A DNA stretch of 64,000 bases from the human T2T-CHM13v2.0 reference genome, Homo sapiens, in contig CP068257.2 of assembly GCA_009914755.4 (NCBI GenBank), positions 8,864,001 through 8,928,000 on the forward strand. The letters are read 5' to 3'. The notes beneath the pieces are model-generated. The model ran no database searches. It was not told where the DNA came from and saw only the letters and a list, made by a program, of their open reading frames with translations. Made by a program: the position numbers and the translations under genes. Below are positions 43,701 through 58,300 of the stretch, in pieces (within the stretch, counting starts at the first letter, position 1; the number at the start of each line of letters is the position of its first letter).

Positions 43701-46700
43701 TACGTTTCATTCTGTTGCATTCCATTCCATTTCATTCTATTCCACTCCATTCAACCCAAGTTGATTCCAATCCATTCTATTGCATTCGAGGCCACTTCTT
43801 TCCATTCCATTCCATTCCATTCCATTCCATTATTTTCGGGTCCATTCAATTCAAATGCATTGCATTGCATTCCATTCCATTCCATTCCATTCCGTTACAT
43901 TCCATTCCATTCCGCTCGAGTTTATTAAATTCCATTCTCTTGCATTCTATTCCATTCCATTCCATTGCACTCGAGTTGATTCTATTCCATTCCATTCCAT
44001 TTCATTCCATTCCACTCGAGTTGATTCCATTCCATTCTATTGCATTCCATTCCATTCCATTCCATTCCATTCCTTTCCATTCCACTCGATTTGATACCAG
44101 TCAATTCTCCTGCATTCCATTCCATTCTATTCCATTCCATTCCATTTCTTTCCATTCCATTCCATTCCACTCGAGAAGATTCCATTCCATTCTATTGCAT
44201 TCAAGGCCACCTCATTCCATTCAATTCCATTCCATTCCAATCCATTCCACTCTAATTGATTTCATTCCATTCTATTGCATTCCATTCCATTCCATTCCAT
44301 TGCATTGCATTCCATTCGAGTTGATTCCATTCCATTCCGTTCCACTCGAGTTTATTCCTGTCCATTCTATTGCATTTGAGGCCACTTCATTCCATTCCAT
44401 TCCATTCCATTCCATTCCATTCCATTCCATTCTATTGCATTCCATTCCATTCCATTCCACTCCATTCCATTCCATTCCATTCCATTCCATTCCATTCTAT
44501 TGCATTCCATTCCATTCCATTCCACTCGAGTTGATTCTATTCCATTCTATGGCATTCCATTCCATTCCATTCAGTTCCTTTCCATTCCACTCTAGTTGAA
44601 TCCATTCCATTCTATTGCATTCCATTCCATTCCATTCCATTCCATTCCATTCCATTCCACTCGAGTAGATTCCATTCCCTTCCATTGCATTCCATTCCAT
44701 TCCATTCCATTAAATTCCATACCTCTCAAGTTGATTCCATTACATTCTATTGCATTATATTCCATTCCATTCCATTCCATTCAACTCCATTCCAACCGAG
44801 TTGTGTCCATTCCATTACATTGCATTCGAGGCCACTTCCTTCCATTCCATTCCATTCCATTCAAATTCTTTCGTGTCCATTCAATTCAAATGCATTTCTT
44901 TCCTTTCCATTTCATTGCATTCCAATCCATTCCATTCCATTCCATTCCACTCAAGTTGATTCCATTCCATTCCATACCAGTCGAGCTGATTCCTTTCCAT
45001 TCTATTTCATTCGAGGCCCCTTCATTCCATTCCATTCCTTTCTGTTCTATTGCATTCCATTTCACTGCATTGCAATCCATTCCATTCCATTCCATTCCAT
45101 TGCAATCCATTGCATTCCAGTCGAGTTGATTCCATTCTATTCCACTCCCTTCCAATGCATTCCATTCCATTCCATTCCATTCCATTCCATTCCACTCGAG
45201 TTGATACCTTTCCATTCTATTGCATTCTATTGCATTCCATTCCATTCCATTCCATTCCATTCCATTCCATTCCATTCCATTCCATTTCACTTCATTCCAC
45301 TCCATTCCATTCCATTCCATTTCACTTCATTCCACTCGAGATGATTACATTGCAATCTATTGCATTCGAGACCAATTCATTCCATTCCATTCCCTTCCAT
45401 TCTCTTCGGGTCCATTCAATTCAAATTCAGACCATTAACTTCCATTCCATTCCAGTCCATTCCATTCAACTCGAGTTGGTTCTTTTCCATTCTATTGCAT
45501 TCCATTCCATTCCATTCCATTCCTTTGCATTGCATTCCATTCCATTCCATTCCTTTGCATTCCATTCCATTCCATTCCATTCCATTCCTTTGCATTCCAT
45601 TCCATTCCATTCCATACCACTCGAGTTGATACCTTTCCATTCTATTGCATTCCATTCCATTCCATTCCACTCAAGTTGACTCCATTCCACTCCATACCAG
45701 TCGAGCTTATTCCTTTCCATTCTATTGCATTCGAGGCCCCTTCATTCCATTCCATTCCTTTCTGTTCTATTGCATTCCATTTCACTGCATTGCAATCCAT
45801 TCCATTCCATTCCATTCCATTGCACTCCATTGCATTCCAGTCGAGTTGATTCCATTCTATTCCACTCCCTTCCAAGGCATTTCATTCCATTCCATTCCAT
45901 TCCATTACATTACATTACATTCCACTCGAGTTGATACCTTTCCATTCTATTGCATTCCATTCCATTCCATTCCATTCCATTTCACTTCATTCCACTCGAG
46001 ATGATTACATTGCAATCTATTGCATTCGAGACCAATTCATTCCATTCCATTCCCTTCCATTCTCTTCGGGTCCATTCAATTCAAATTCAGACCATTAACT
46101 TCCATTCCATTCCATTTCATTCCATTAAACTCGAGTTGATTCTTTTCCATTATATTGCATTCCATTCCATTCCATTCCATTCCTTTGCATTCCATTCCAT
46201 TCCATTCCACTCGAGTTGATTCCATTCCATTCTATAGCATTCCATTCAATTCCATTGCATTCCATTCCATTCCATTTCATTCCTTTCCACTAGAGATGAT
46301 TCCATTCCATTCTATTGCTTTCCAAGCCACTTCTTTCCATTCCATTCCATTCCAATCTCTTCGGGTCCATTCAATTAAAATGCATTCCATTCCATTCCAT
46401 TCCATTCCATTCCATTCCATTCCATTCCATTCCATTCGAGTTGATTCCATTTCATTCTAATGCATTCCATTCCATTCCAATACATTCCATTCCATTCCAC
46501 TCGAGTTGATTCCATTCCATTCTATTGCATTCCATTCCATTCCATTGCATTCCATTCCACTCGAGTTGATACCTTTCCATTCTATTCCATTTCATTCCAT
46601 TCCATTCCATTCCATTCCACTAGAGATGATTCCATTCCATTCTATTTATTTCGAAGCCACTTCATTCCATTCCATTCCATCCAATCTCTTCAGGTCCATT

Positions 46701-49700
46701 CCATTCAAATGCATTCCATTCCATTCGATTCCATTCGATTCCGTTCCATTCCATTCTGTTCCATTCCATTCCATTCCATTCCATTCCATTCCATTCCAAT
46801 CGAGTTGATTCCATTCCATTCCATTCCATTCCATTCCACTCGATTTGATTCCATTCCATTCTGTTGCATTCCATTCCATTTCATTCTATTCCACTCCATT
46901 CAACACGAGTTGATTCCAATCCATTCTATTGCATTTGAGGCCACTTCTTTCCATTTCATTCCATTCCATTCCATTCCAATCCATTTCACCCTTGTTGATT
47001 CCATTCCATTCTATTGCATTCCATTCCATTCCATTCCATTCCATTCCTTTCCACTCCATTCCATTCCTTTCCTCTCCATTTGATTCTATTCCATTCTGTT
47101 GCATTCCATTCCATTTCATTCTATTCCACTCCATTCAACCCGAGTTGATTCCCATCCATTCTATTGCATTCCAGGCCACTTCTTTCCATTCCATTCCATT
47201 CCATTCCATTCCGCTATTTTCGAGTCCATTCAATTCGAATGCATTCCATTCCATTCGATTCCATTCCATTCCGTTACATTCCTTTCCATTCCACTCGAGT
47301 GTATTCCATTCCATTCTATTGCATTCTATTCCATTCCATTCCATTCCACTCGAGTTGATTCCATTCCATTCCATTCCATTCCATTCCATTCCGTTCAACC
47401 CGAGTTGATTACATTCCATGCTATTGCATTCCATTCCACTCCATTCCATTCCATTCCACTCGAGTTGATTCCTTTCCATTCTATTGCATTTGAGGCCACT
47501 TCATTCCATTCCATTCCATTCCTTTCTATTGCATTCCCTTCCATTCCATTCCATTCCATTCCATTCCATTCCATTCCATTCCATTCGAGTTGATTCTATT
47601 CCATTCTATTGCATTCCATTCCATTCCATTCCATTCCATTCCATTCCATTCCATTCCATTCCATTCCATTGCTATCTTTCCATTCCACTCGGGTTGAATC
47701 CATTCCATTGAATTGAATTTCCTTCCATTCCACTCCATTCCATTACAATCCACTCGAGTTTATTCCATTCCATTCTATTGCATTCCATTCCATTCCATTC
47801 TATGCCACTCGTGTTGTTTCCATTCCATTGTATTCAATTCCATTCCATTCTATTCCATTCCACTCAAGTTGATTCCATTCCATTCTATTGCATTGCATTC
47901 CATTCCATTCCATTCCATTCCATTCCACTGGAGATTTTTTTTATTCCTTTCCATTCCATTCGATTTGATTCCATTCCATTCTATTGAATTCTATTCCATT
48001 CCATTCCATTCCATTCCACTCGAGTTGATTGCATTCCATTCCATTCCATTCCATTTCATTCCATTCAACCCGAGTTGATTACATTCCATTCTATTCCATT
48101 CGAGGTCACTCCATTCCATTCCATTCCATTCCATTCCATTCCATTCCATTCCATTCCAATCCTTTCTGGTCAATTCAATTCAAATGCTTTCCATTCCATT
48201 CCATTCCACTCTAATTGATTTCATTCCATTCAATTGCATTCCATTCCATTCCATCCATTCCATTCCATTCCATTCCACCTGAGTTGATTCCATTCCATTC
48301 TATTGCATTCCATTCCATTCCATTCCACTCCATTCCATTCCATTCCATTCCGCTCGATTTGATTCCATTCTATTCTGTTACATTCCATTCCATTTCATTC
48401 TATTCCACTCCATTCAACCCGAGTTGATTCCAATCGATTCTATTGCATTCGATGCCACTTCTTTCCATTCCATCCAAATCCATTCCATTCCATTCCATTC
48501 CATTCCATTCCATTCCATTCCATTCTATTCCATTATTTTCGGGTCCATTCAATTCAAATGCATTCCATTCCATTCCATTCCATTCCATTCCATTGCATTC
48601 CATTCCATTCCATTCCACTCGAGTTTATTCCATTCCATTCTATTGCATTCTGTTACATTCCATTCCATTCCACTCTTGTTGATTTCATTCCATTCCATTC
48701 CATTTCATTCCATTCAACCCGAGTTGATTCCATTCCATTCTATTGCATTCGAGGCCACTTGATTCCATTCCATTCCATTCCATTGCATTCCCTTCCACTC
48801 CATTCTTTTCTGGTCAATTCAAGTCGAATGTTTTCCATTCCATTCCATTCCACTCGAGTTGACTCCATTCCATTCTATTGCATTCCATTCCATTCCTTTC
48901 TCTCCACTCGAGTTGATACCTTTGAATTCTACTGCATTCCATTCCATTCCATTCCATTCATTGCAGTTGATTCCATTCCATTCCATTCCATGCCATTCCA
49001 TTCCATTCCATTCAAGTTGATTCCATTCCATTCCATGCCATTCCATTCCATTCCATTCAAGTTGATTCCATTCCATTCCATTCTATTGCATTCCATTCCA
49101 TTCCTTTCCATTCCATTCCACTCTAGTTGATTCCATTCCATTCTGTAGCATTCCATTCCGTTCCATTCCATTCCATTCCTTTCCATTCCATTCCATTCAA
49201 TACCATTCCATTCCATTCCTTTCCACTCGGGTTGATTCCAATCCACTCTATTGGATTCGAGGCCACTTCATACCATTGCATTGCATTCCATTCCATTCCA
49301 TTCCATTCCATTCCATTCCATTCCATTCCATTCCATTGCATTCCATTCCACTCTAGTTGATTCCATTCCATTCTATTGCATTCCATTCCATTCCATTCCA
49401 TTTCACTCCGGTTGATTCCATTCCATTCTCTTGCATTCCATTCAATTCCTTTCCATTTGGTTCCATTCCATTGCATTCCATTCCACTCGAGTTAATTCCA
49501 TTCCTTTATACTGCATTCCGTTCCATTTCATTCCATTCCATTCCATTCCATTCCGTTCCTTTCCATTCCATTCCATTCCATTATATTACATTAACTTCCA
49601 CTCCATTCCACTCGAGTTGATTCCATTCCATTCTATTGCATTCGAGGCCACTTTATGCCATTCCTTTCCATTGCATTCTATTGCATTCCTTTCCATTCCA

Positions 49701-52700
49701 TTCCATTCCATTCCATTCCATTCAACTCGTGTTGATTTCATTCCATTCTATTTCATTCAAGACCACATCATTCCATTCCTTTCCATTCCATTCTTTTCTG
49801 ATCCATTCAATTTAGATGCATTCCCTTCCGTTCCATTCCATTCAATTCCATTCCATTCCATTCTTTTCCTTTACACTCGAGTTTATTCCATTCCATTCTA
49901 TTGCATTCCATTCCAGTCCATTCCATTGCTTTCCATTCCAGTCCATTCCATTGCACTCCTTTTCATTCCATTCCATTCCATTCCACTCGAGTTGATTCCA
50001 CTCCATTCTGTTCCATTCCATTCCATTCCATTCCACTCAAATTGATTCCATTTCATTGTATTGCATTCCATTCTGTTCCATTCCATTCCATTCCATTCCA
50101 CTCCAGTTGATTCCATTCCATTCTATTGTATTCCATTCCAATCCATTCCATTCCATTCCAATCCATTCCACTCGAGCTAATTCCTTTCCATTCTATTGCA
50201 TTCTAGGCCACTTCATTCCATTCCATTCTATTGCATTCCGTTCCATTCCATTCCATTCAATTCCATTCCATTGCATTCCATTCCATTCCATTCCATTCCA
50301 TTCCATTCCATTCCATTCCATTCCATTCCATTCCATTGCATTCCTTTCCACTCGGGTAGATTCCATTCCAATCCATTCCATTCCATTCCATTCCAATTCC
50401 ATTCCATTCCATTCCACTAGGGTTGATTCCATTCCATTCTATTGCATTCCATTGCATTCCATTCCATTCCATCCGATTCCACTCGTGTTGATTAGACTCC
50501 TTTCTATTGCATTCCATTCCCTTCCATTTCATTCCATGCCATTCCACTCAATTCCATTATATTCCATTCAACTCTATTGCATTCCATTCCATTCCATTCC
50601 ATTCCATTCCAGTAGAGTTGATTCCATTCCATTCTATTGCAATCAATGCTACATCGTTCCATTCCATTCCGTTACTTTCTATTCCATTCCATTCCATTCC
50701 ATTCCATTCCATTCCATTCCATTCCATTCTAGTTGATTCCATTCCATTCCATCCCATTCCATTCCATTCCATTGGAGTTGATTACATTCCATTCTATTGC
50801 ATTCCTTTCCATTCCATTCCATTCCATTCCATTTCAATCCCCTCGAGTTGATTCCATTCCATTGTTTTGCCTTCCATTCCATTCCATTGCATTCCATTCC
50901 ATTCCATTCCACTCGAGTTGTTTCCATTCCATTCTATTGCATTCCATTCCCTTCCATTCCATTCCATTGCATTCCATTCAATTCCAATCCATTCCATTCC
51001 ATTCCACTCGAGTTGATTCCATTCCAATCTATTGCATTCGAGGGCACTTTATTTCATTTCATTCCGTTCTATTCCATTATTTTCGAGTCCATTCAATTCA
51101 AATGCATTCCATTCCATTTCATTCCATTCCACTCCATTCAAATCCGTTTCATTCCATTCCACTCAAGGTGATTCCATTCCATTCCATTGTTTTCGAGGCC
51201 CCTCTAATCCATTCATTTCCATTCCATTCTATTGCATTCAAAGCCAGTTCATTCCTTTCCATTACATTCTATTGCGTTCCATTCCATTACATTACATTCC
51301 AATCCATTCCATTCCACTCGAGTTGATTCCTTTCCATTCTATTGCTTCCATTCCACTCCATTCCATTCCATTCCATTTCAGTCCATTCCATTCCACTCGA
51401 GTTGATTCCAGTCTATTCTATTGCTTTCCATTCCCTTCCATTCCATTTCTTTCCAGTCCATTCAATTCCATTCCATTAAATTCCACTCGAGTTGATTCCA
51501 TTCCATTCTATTGCACTCGAGACCACTTCATTCCATTCCATTCCGTTCCTTTCCTTTCCATTCCAATCCATTCCATTGCATTCCATTTTTTCGAGGTCCA
51601 TTCAATTCAAAAGTATTCCAATCCATTCCATTCCATTCTACTCCATTCCATTCCATTCCATTCTATTCCATTATATTCCATTCCACTCGAGTTGATTCCA
51701 TTCCATTCTATTGCCTTCCATTCCATTCCATTTCATTCCATTGCATTCCATTCCACTCGAGTTGATTCCATTCCATTCTATTACAGTCACGGCCACTACA
51801 TTCCATTCAATTCCCTTCCATTCCATTGCATTCCACTCGAGTTGATTCCACTCCATTCTATTGCATTCCATTCCATTCCATTCCATTCCGGTTAATTACT
51901 TTCCATTCTATTGCATTCGAGGCCACGTCTTCCAATTCCATTCCATTGCATTGTATTGCATTCCATTCCTTTCCATTCCATTCCATTCCATTCAATTCCA
52001 TTCCATTCCAATCCATTCCATTCTATTCCATTCCATTCCATTTCATTCCATTCCTTTCCACTTGGGTTGATTCCACTCCAATCCATTCCATTCCATTCCA
52101 TTCCATTCCATTCCATTCCATTCCATTCCACTAGAGTTGATTCCATTCCATTCTATTGCATTCCATACCCTTCCATTCCATTCCAATCAATTCCATTCCA
52201 TTGCATTCGAGTTGATTCCATTCCATTTTATTGCATTCCATTCCACTCCATTCCACTCGAGTTGATTCTATTCCATTCTATTTCATTCCATTCCATTCCA
52301 TTCCAATCCATTCCATTCCATTCCATTCCATGCTACTCTAGTTGATTCCATTCCATTCTATTTCATTCCATTCCATTCCACTATATTCCATTCCATTCCT
52401 CTCGAGATGATTCCTTTCCATTTTATTGCATTCCATTCCATTCCATTCCATTCCATTCCATTCCATTCCATGCCATTTAATTCCATTCCATTCCACTCTT
52501 TTCCATTCCTGTTGATTCCATTACTTTATATTGCATTTAATTCCATTCCATTCCATTGCATTCCATTCCATTTCACTGCTTTCTATTCCATTCCATTCCA
52601 TCCCTTTCCATTCCATTTCTTTCCATTCCATTCCTTTCGTGTTGTTTGCATTCCATTCTATTGAATTCCATTCCATTCCATTCCACCCGAGTTGATTCCA

Positions 52701-55700
52701 TTCCATTCCATTGCATTTGAGACCACTTCATTCCATTCCACTCCATTCCATTCTATTGCATTCCATTAAATTCCATTCCATTCTATTTAATCCCATTCCA
52801 TTCCGTTCCATTCCATTCCATTACATTCCACTCCATTCCGTTCCACTTGAGTTGATTCCATTCCATTCTCTTGCACTCAATTCCATTCCTTTACATTCCA
52901 TTTCATTCCATTCCTCTCGAGCTTATTCCATTCCATTCTATTGCATTCATTTCCATTCCAAAACATTCCATTCCTTTCCACTCCATTCCATTCCACTCGA
53001 GTTGATTCCATTCCATTGCATTCCCTTCCATTCCATTACATTCCCTTCCATTCCATTCCACTCGAGTTGTTTCCATTCCATTCTATTGCATTCGAGGCCA
53101 CTTCATACCATTCCATTCCTTTCCATTCCATTCTTTTGAAGTCCATTCAATGCAAATACACTCGATTCCCTACTATTCTATTCCATTCCATTCCATTTCA
53201 TTCCATTCCATTCCTTTCAATTCGACTTGAGTTTATTCCATTCTATTCCACTGTATTCCATTCCATTTTATTCCATTCCATTATATTCCATTCCACTCGA
53301 GTTGATTCCATTCCATTCTATTGCATTCCATTCCATTCCATTCCATTTCATTCGAGTTGATTACAGTCCATTCTGTTGCATTCCATTCCATTCCATTCCA
53401 CTCTAGTTGATTCCATTCCATTCTACTGTATCCGAGGACACTTCATTCCATTCCATTCTTTCCCATTCCATACTTTTTGGATACATTCAATTCAAATGCC
53501 TTCCAATCGATTCCATTCCATTCCATTCCATTCCACTCTAGTTGATTCTATTCCATTCTATTCCATTCCATTCCAGTCCACTCCATTCCATTGCATTCCA
53601 CTCGAGTTGATTCCATTCCATTCTATTACATTCGAGGCCACTTCATTCCATCCCATTGCATTCCATTCTATTGTGTTCCATTCCATTCCATTCACTTCCA
53701 TTCCATTCCACTTGAGTTGTTTCCATTCCATTATACTGCATTCAAGGCCACTTGATTCCATTCCATTCCATTCCCTTCTTTTCGGATAAATTCATTTTAA
53801 ATGCATTCCATTCCATTCCATTCCATTCCCTTCCATTCCATTCGATTCCTTTCCACTCGAGTCTATTAAATTCCATTCTATTGCATGCCATTACATTTCA
53901 TTCCTTTGCATTCCTTTCCATTCCATTGCATTGCATTGCATTGCATTCCATTCCATTCCATTCCATTCCACTCGTGTTGATTCTTTTCCATTCTATTGCA
54001 TTGCATTAAATTCCATTCCCATCCATTCCATTCCATTCCATCCCATTCCATTCCATTCCACTCGAATTGATTCCATTCCATTCTATTGCATTTGAGGCCA
54101 CTTCATTCCATTCCTTTCCATGCCATTCCATTCCATTCCATTCTTTTCGGGTCCATTCAAATTAAATGCATTCCATTCCATTCCACTCAAGTTGATTCCT
54201 TTCCATTCTATTGCATTCCATTGCATACCTTTCCATTCCATTCCATTCCGCTCTAGTTGATGCCATTCCATTCTATGGCATTCCATTCAATTCCTTTCAA
54301 TTCCATTCCACTCCATTCCACTCGAGTTTAATCCATTCCATTCTATTGCATTCCATTAAATTCCATTCCATTCCATTCCACTCGAGTTAATTCCATTCCA
54401 TTCTATTGCATTCCGTTCCATTCCTTTCCATTCCATTGCATTCCATTCCATTCCCTTCCATTGCATTCCATTCCTTTCCATTCGAGTTGATTCCATTCCA
54501 TTGTATTGCATTCCATTCCATTCCATTGCATTCCATTCTATTGCATTCCATTCCATTCCATTCCGTTGTGTTCCATTCTATTCCATTCTGTTACATTCCA
54601 TTCCATTCCACTCGGGTTGATTCTATTGCATTCGAGGCCACTTCATTCCATTCCATTCTATAGCATTCCATTCCATTCGATTCCATTCCATTCCTTTCCT
54701 CTCCAGTTGATTCCATTCCATTGTATTGCATTCCATTCCATTCCATTCCATTGCATTCCATTCCATTCCAATCCATTCCATTCCATTGCATTCCATTCCA
54801 ATCCATTCCATTCCATTGCATTCCATTCTATTCCGTTCTATTCCACTCGAATTGATTCCATTCCATTCTATTGCATTCCATTCCATTCCATTCCATTCCA
54901 TTCCATTCCATTCCTTAGCATTCCATTCCATTGCATTCCATTCCATTGCATTCCATTAAATTCCACTATATTTGATTCCATTCCATTCTATTGCATTCCA
55001 TTCCATTCCATTCCTTTCCATTCCATTCCATTCCATGCCATGCCATTCTATTGCATTAGAGGCCACTTCATTCCATTCCATTCCATAGCATTCTATTGCA
55101 TTCCATTCCTTTCCATTCCATCCCATTCCATTGCACTGCATTCTATTCCATGCCACTCGTGTTGATTCCATTTCATTGCATTCCATTCCATTTCATTCCA
55201 TTCCATTCCATTCCCTTCCATTTCATTCCATTCCATTCTATTGCATTCCATTCCCTTCCATTCCTTTCCGTTCCGTTCCGTTCCATTCCATTCCATTCCA
55301 TTCCATTCCCTTCCATTCCTTTCCGTTCCGTTCCATTCCATTCCATTCCATTCCATTCCATTCCATTCCATTCCTTTCCGTTCCGTTCCATTCCATTCCA
55401 TTCCATTCCATTCCATTCCCTTCCATTCCTTTCCGTTCCGTTCCATTCCATTCCATTCCATTCCATTCCATTCCACAGGGTTTGATTCCATTCCATTCTA
55501 TTGCATTCGAGGACTCTTCATTCCCATCCGTTCCATTCCTTTCTTTTACCTACCTTTCCATTCCTTTCCATTCCATTCCATTCCATTCCATTCTATGCCA
55601 TTCTGTTCCATTCCATGCCACTCGAGTTGATTCGCTTCCAATCTATTGCATTCCATTCCATTCCATTCCACTCGATTTGATTCCATTCAATTCTATTGCA

Positions 55701-58300
55701 TTCCATTCAATTCCATTCCATTCAAATACATTCCATTCTTTTCCATTCACTCGAGTTGATTCCCTTCTGTTCTATTGCATTCTTTTCCATTCCATTCCAT
55801 TCCATTCCATTCCATTCCATTGCATTCTATACCATTCCACTCGTGTTGATTCCATTCAAATCTATTGCATTCCATTCCATTCCATTCCATTCCATTCCAT
55901 GCCACTCGAGTTCATTCCATTCCATTCTATTGCATTTGAGGCCACCTCATTCCATTTCATTCCATTCCATTCTATCACATTCCATTCCATTCCATTCCAA
56001 TCCATTCCATTCCATTACATTCCATGCCACTCGAGTTGATTCCATTCCATTCTATTGCATTCCCTTCCATTCCTTTCCATTCCATTCCATGCCACTCGAG
56101 TTGATTCCATTCCATTCTATTGTATTCCATTCATTTCCATTCCATTCAATTCCATTGCATTCCATTCGATTCCACTCGATTTGATTCCATTCCATTCTAT
56201 TGCATTCCATTCCATGCCATTCCATTCCATTCCTTTCCATTCCATTCCATTCTACTCCATTGCATTCCATTCCACTCGATTTGATTTCATTCCATTCTAC
56301 TGCATTCCATTTCATTTCGTTCCATTGCATTCCGTTCCATTCCACTTGACTTGATTCCATTCCATTCTATTGCATTCCATTCCATTGCATTCCATTCCAG
56401 TCCAGTCCATTTCTTTCCACTTGAGTTCATTCCATTCCATTCTATTGCATTCCATTCCCTTCCATTCCATTTCATTCCATTCCATTCCATTCCATTTAAT
56501 TCCGTTCCATTCCATTCCACTCCAGTGGATTCCATTCTATGCTATTTAATTTCATTCCATTCCATTCCATTCCACTGCGGTTGATTCCATTCAATTCTAT
56601 TGCTTTTCATTCCATTCAATTCCACTGCGTTTCATTCCATTCCATTCCACTGCATTTCATTCCATTCCATTCAATTTCATTCCATTCCACACCAGTTCCC
56701 TCCATTCCATTCCATTCCATTGCATTCCATTCCATTCCACCCGTGTTGTTTCCATTCCATTCTACAGCATTCCATTATATTACATTACATTCCACTCCAT
56801 TCCACTCGAGTTGATTGCTTTCCATTCTATTCCACTCAAAGCCACTTTATTCCATTCCATTCCATTCCATTCCATTCTCTTGCATTCCTTTCCATTCCAT
56901 TCCTTTGAAATCCATTCCGCTCTATTCCATTCCATTTCATTCCACTCCAGTTGATTCCATTCCATTCTATTGCATTCAAAGCCACTTGATTCCATTCAGT
57001 TCCATTCCATTCCATTCCATTCCATTCTTTTCGGATCCATTCAATTCAATTGCATTGCTTTCCATTCCATTCCACTCGAGTTGATTCCATTCCATTATAT
57101 TGCATTCCATTGCATTCCATTCCATTCCATTTCATTCCACTCGGGTTGATTCCATTCCATTCTATTGCATTGCATTCCATTCCATTCCATTCCATTCCAA
57201 TCGAATTAATTCCATTCCTTTCTATTGCGTTCGAGGCCACTTCATTCCATTCATTTCCATTCCATTCCATTCCATTATTTTCTGGTCCATTGAATTCAAT
57301 TGCATTCCGTTCCATTCCATTCCATTCCACTGGAGTTGATTCCATTACATTCTATAGCTTTCCATTCCATTCCATTCCATTCCACTCCATTTCACTCGTG
57401 ATTTTTCCATTCCATTCAATTGCATTCCATTCCATTCCATTCCATTCCATTCCACTCCACTCGAGTTGATTAAATTCCATTCTATTGTACTCCATTCTAT
57501 TGCATTCCATTCTATTCCATTCCATTCCATTCCATTCCACTTGACTTGATTCCATTCCATTTTATTGCATTCCATTCCATTCCATTCGAGTTGATTCCAT
57601 TCCATTCTATTACATTCCATTCCATTCCATTCCTTTCCATTCCATTATACTTGAGTTGATTCCATTCTATTCTATTGCATTAGAGGCCACTTCATTCCAT
57701 TCCATTCCATTCCATTCCATTCCATTCCATTCCATTCTATTGCATTCCTTTCCATTTCATTCCATTCCATGACACTAGAGTTGATTCCATTCCATTCTAT
57801 TCATTCCATTCAATTCCATTCCATTCCTTTTCGCTCCATTCCATTCTATTCCACTCGAGTTGGTTCCATTCCTTTCTATTGCATTCGAGTCCAATTCATT
57901 CCATTCCATTCCATTCCATTCCAATCTTTTTAGGTCCATTCAATTAAAATGCATTCCATTCCACTCCACTCCATTCCAATCCATTCAAATATTCTCGAGT
58001 TGATTCCATTCCATTCCATTCTATTGAATTCCATTTAATTCCATTTCATTATATTTCATTGCACTCCAGTTGTTTCCATTCCATTCTATTGCATTCCACT
58101 CCATTCCATTCCATTCTATTCCCTTGCATTCCATTCCACTCGAGTTGATTGCATTCCATTCTATTGCATTCTAAGCCACTTCATTCCATTTAATTCCATT
58201 CCATTCCATTCCATGGTATTCCATTCCATTCCATTAGACTCGAGCGGTTTTCATTCCATTCTATTGCATTCGAGGCCAGTTCATTCCATTCAATTCCATT
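40729..58300. repeat. HSat3-type pentameric satellite, (CATTC)n on the plus strand and (GGAAT)n on the minus strand, with diverged punctuating motifs
   Basis: The segment is dominated by CATTC/CATTCCATTCC runs. These are interrupted every ~150-700 bp by recurring motifs: CTCGAGTTGATTCCATTCCATTCTATTGCATTCGAGGCCACTTCATTCC, TCTCTTCGGGTCCATTCAATTCAAATGCATTCC and CATTCAACCCGAGTTGATTCC. The track's ORFs translate as HSIPF/MEWNG repeats, as expected from (CATTC)n/(GGAAT)n. Segmental duplications of ~660-720 bp are present (44982/45700; 45341/46001). Confidence 0.85.
55240..55480. repeat. Local micro-array of a CCGTTCCGTTCC-containing variant unit (~57-bp period, ~4 copies) within HSat3
   Basis: CCATTCCTTTCCGTTCCGTTCC(GTTCC)ATTCCATTCCATTCC... 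recurs at ~55254, 55310, 55370 and 55425. It is reflected in the periodic ORF 55093..55491 (-) ...NGTERKGMEWNGMEWNG.... Confidence 0.6.
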
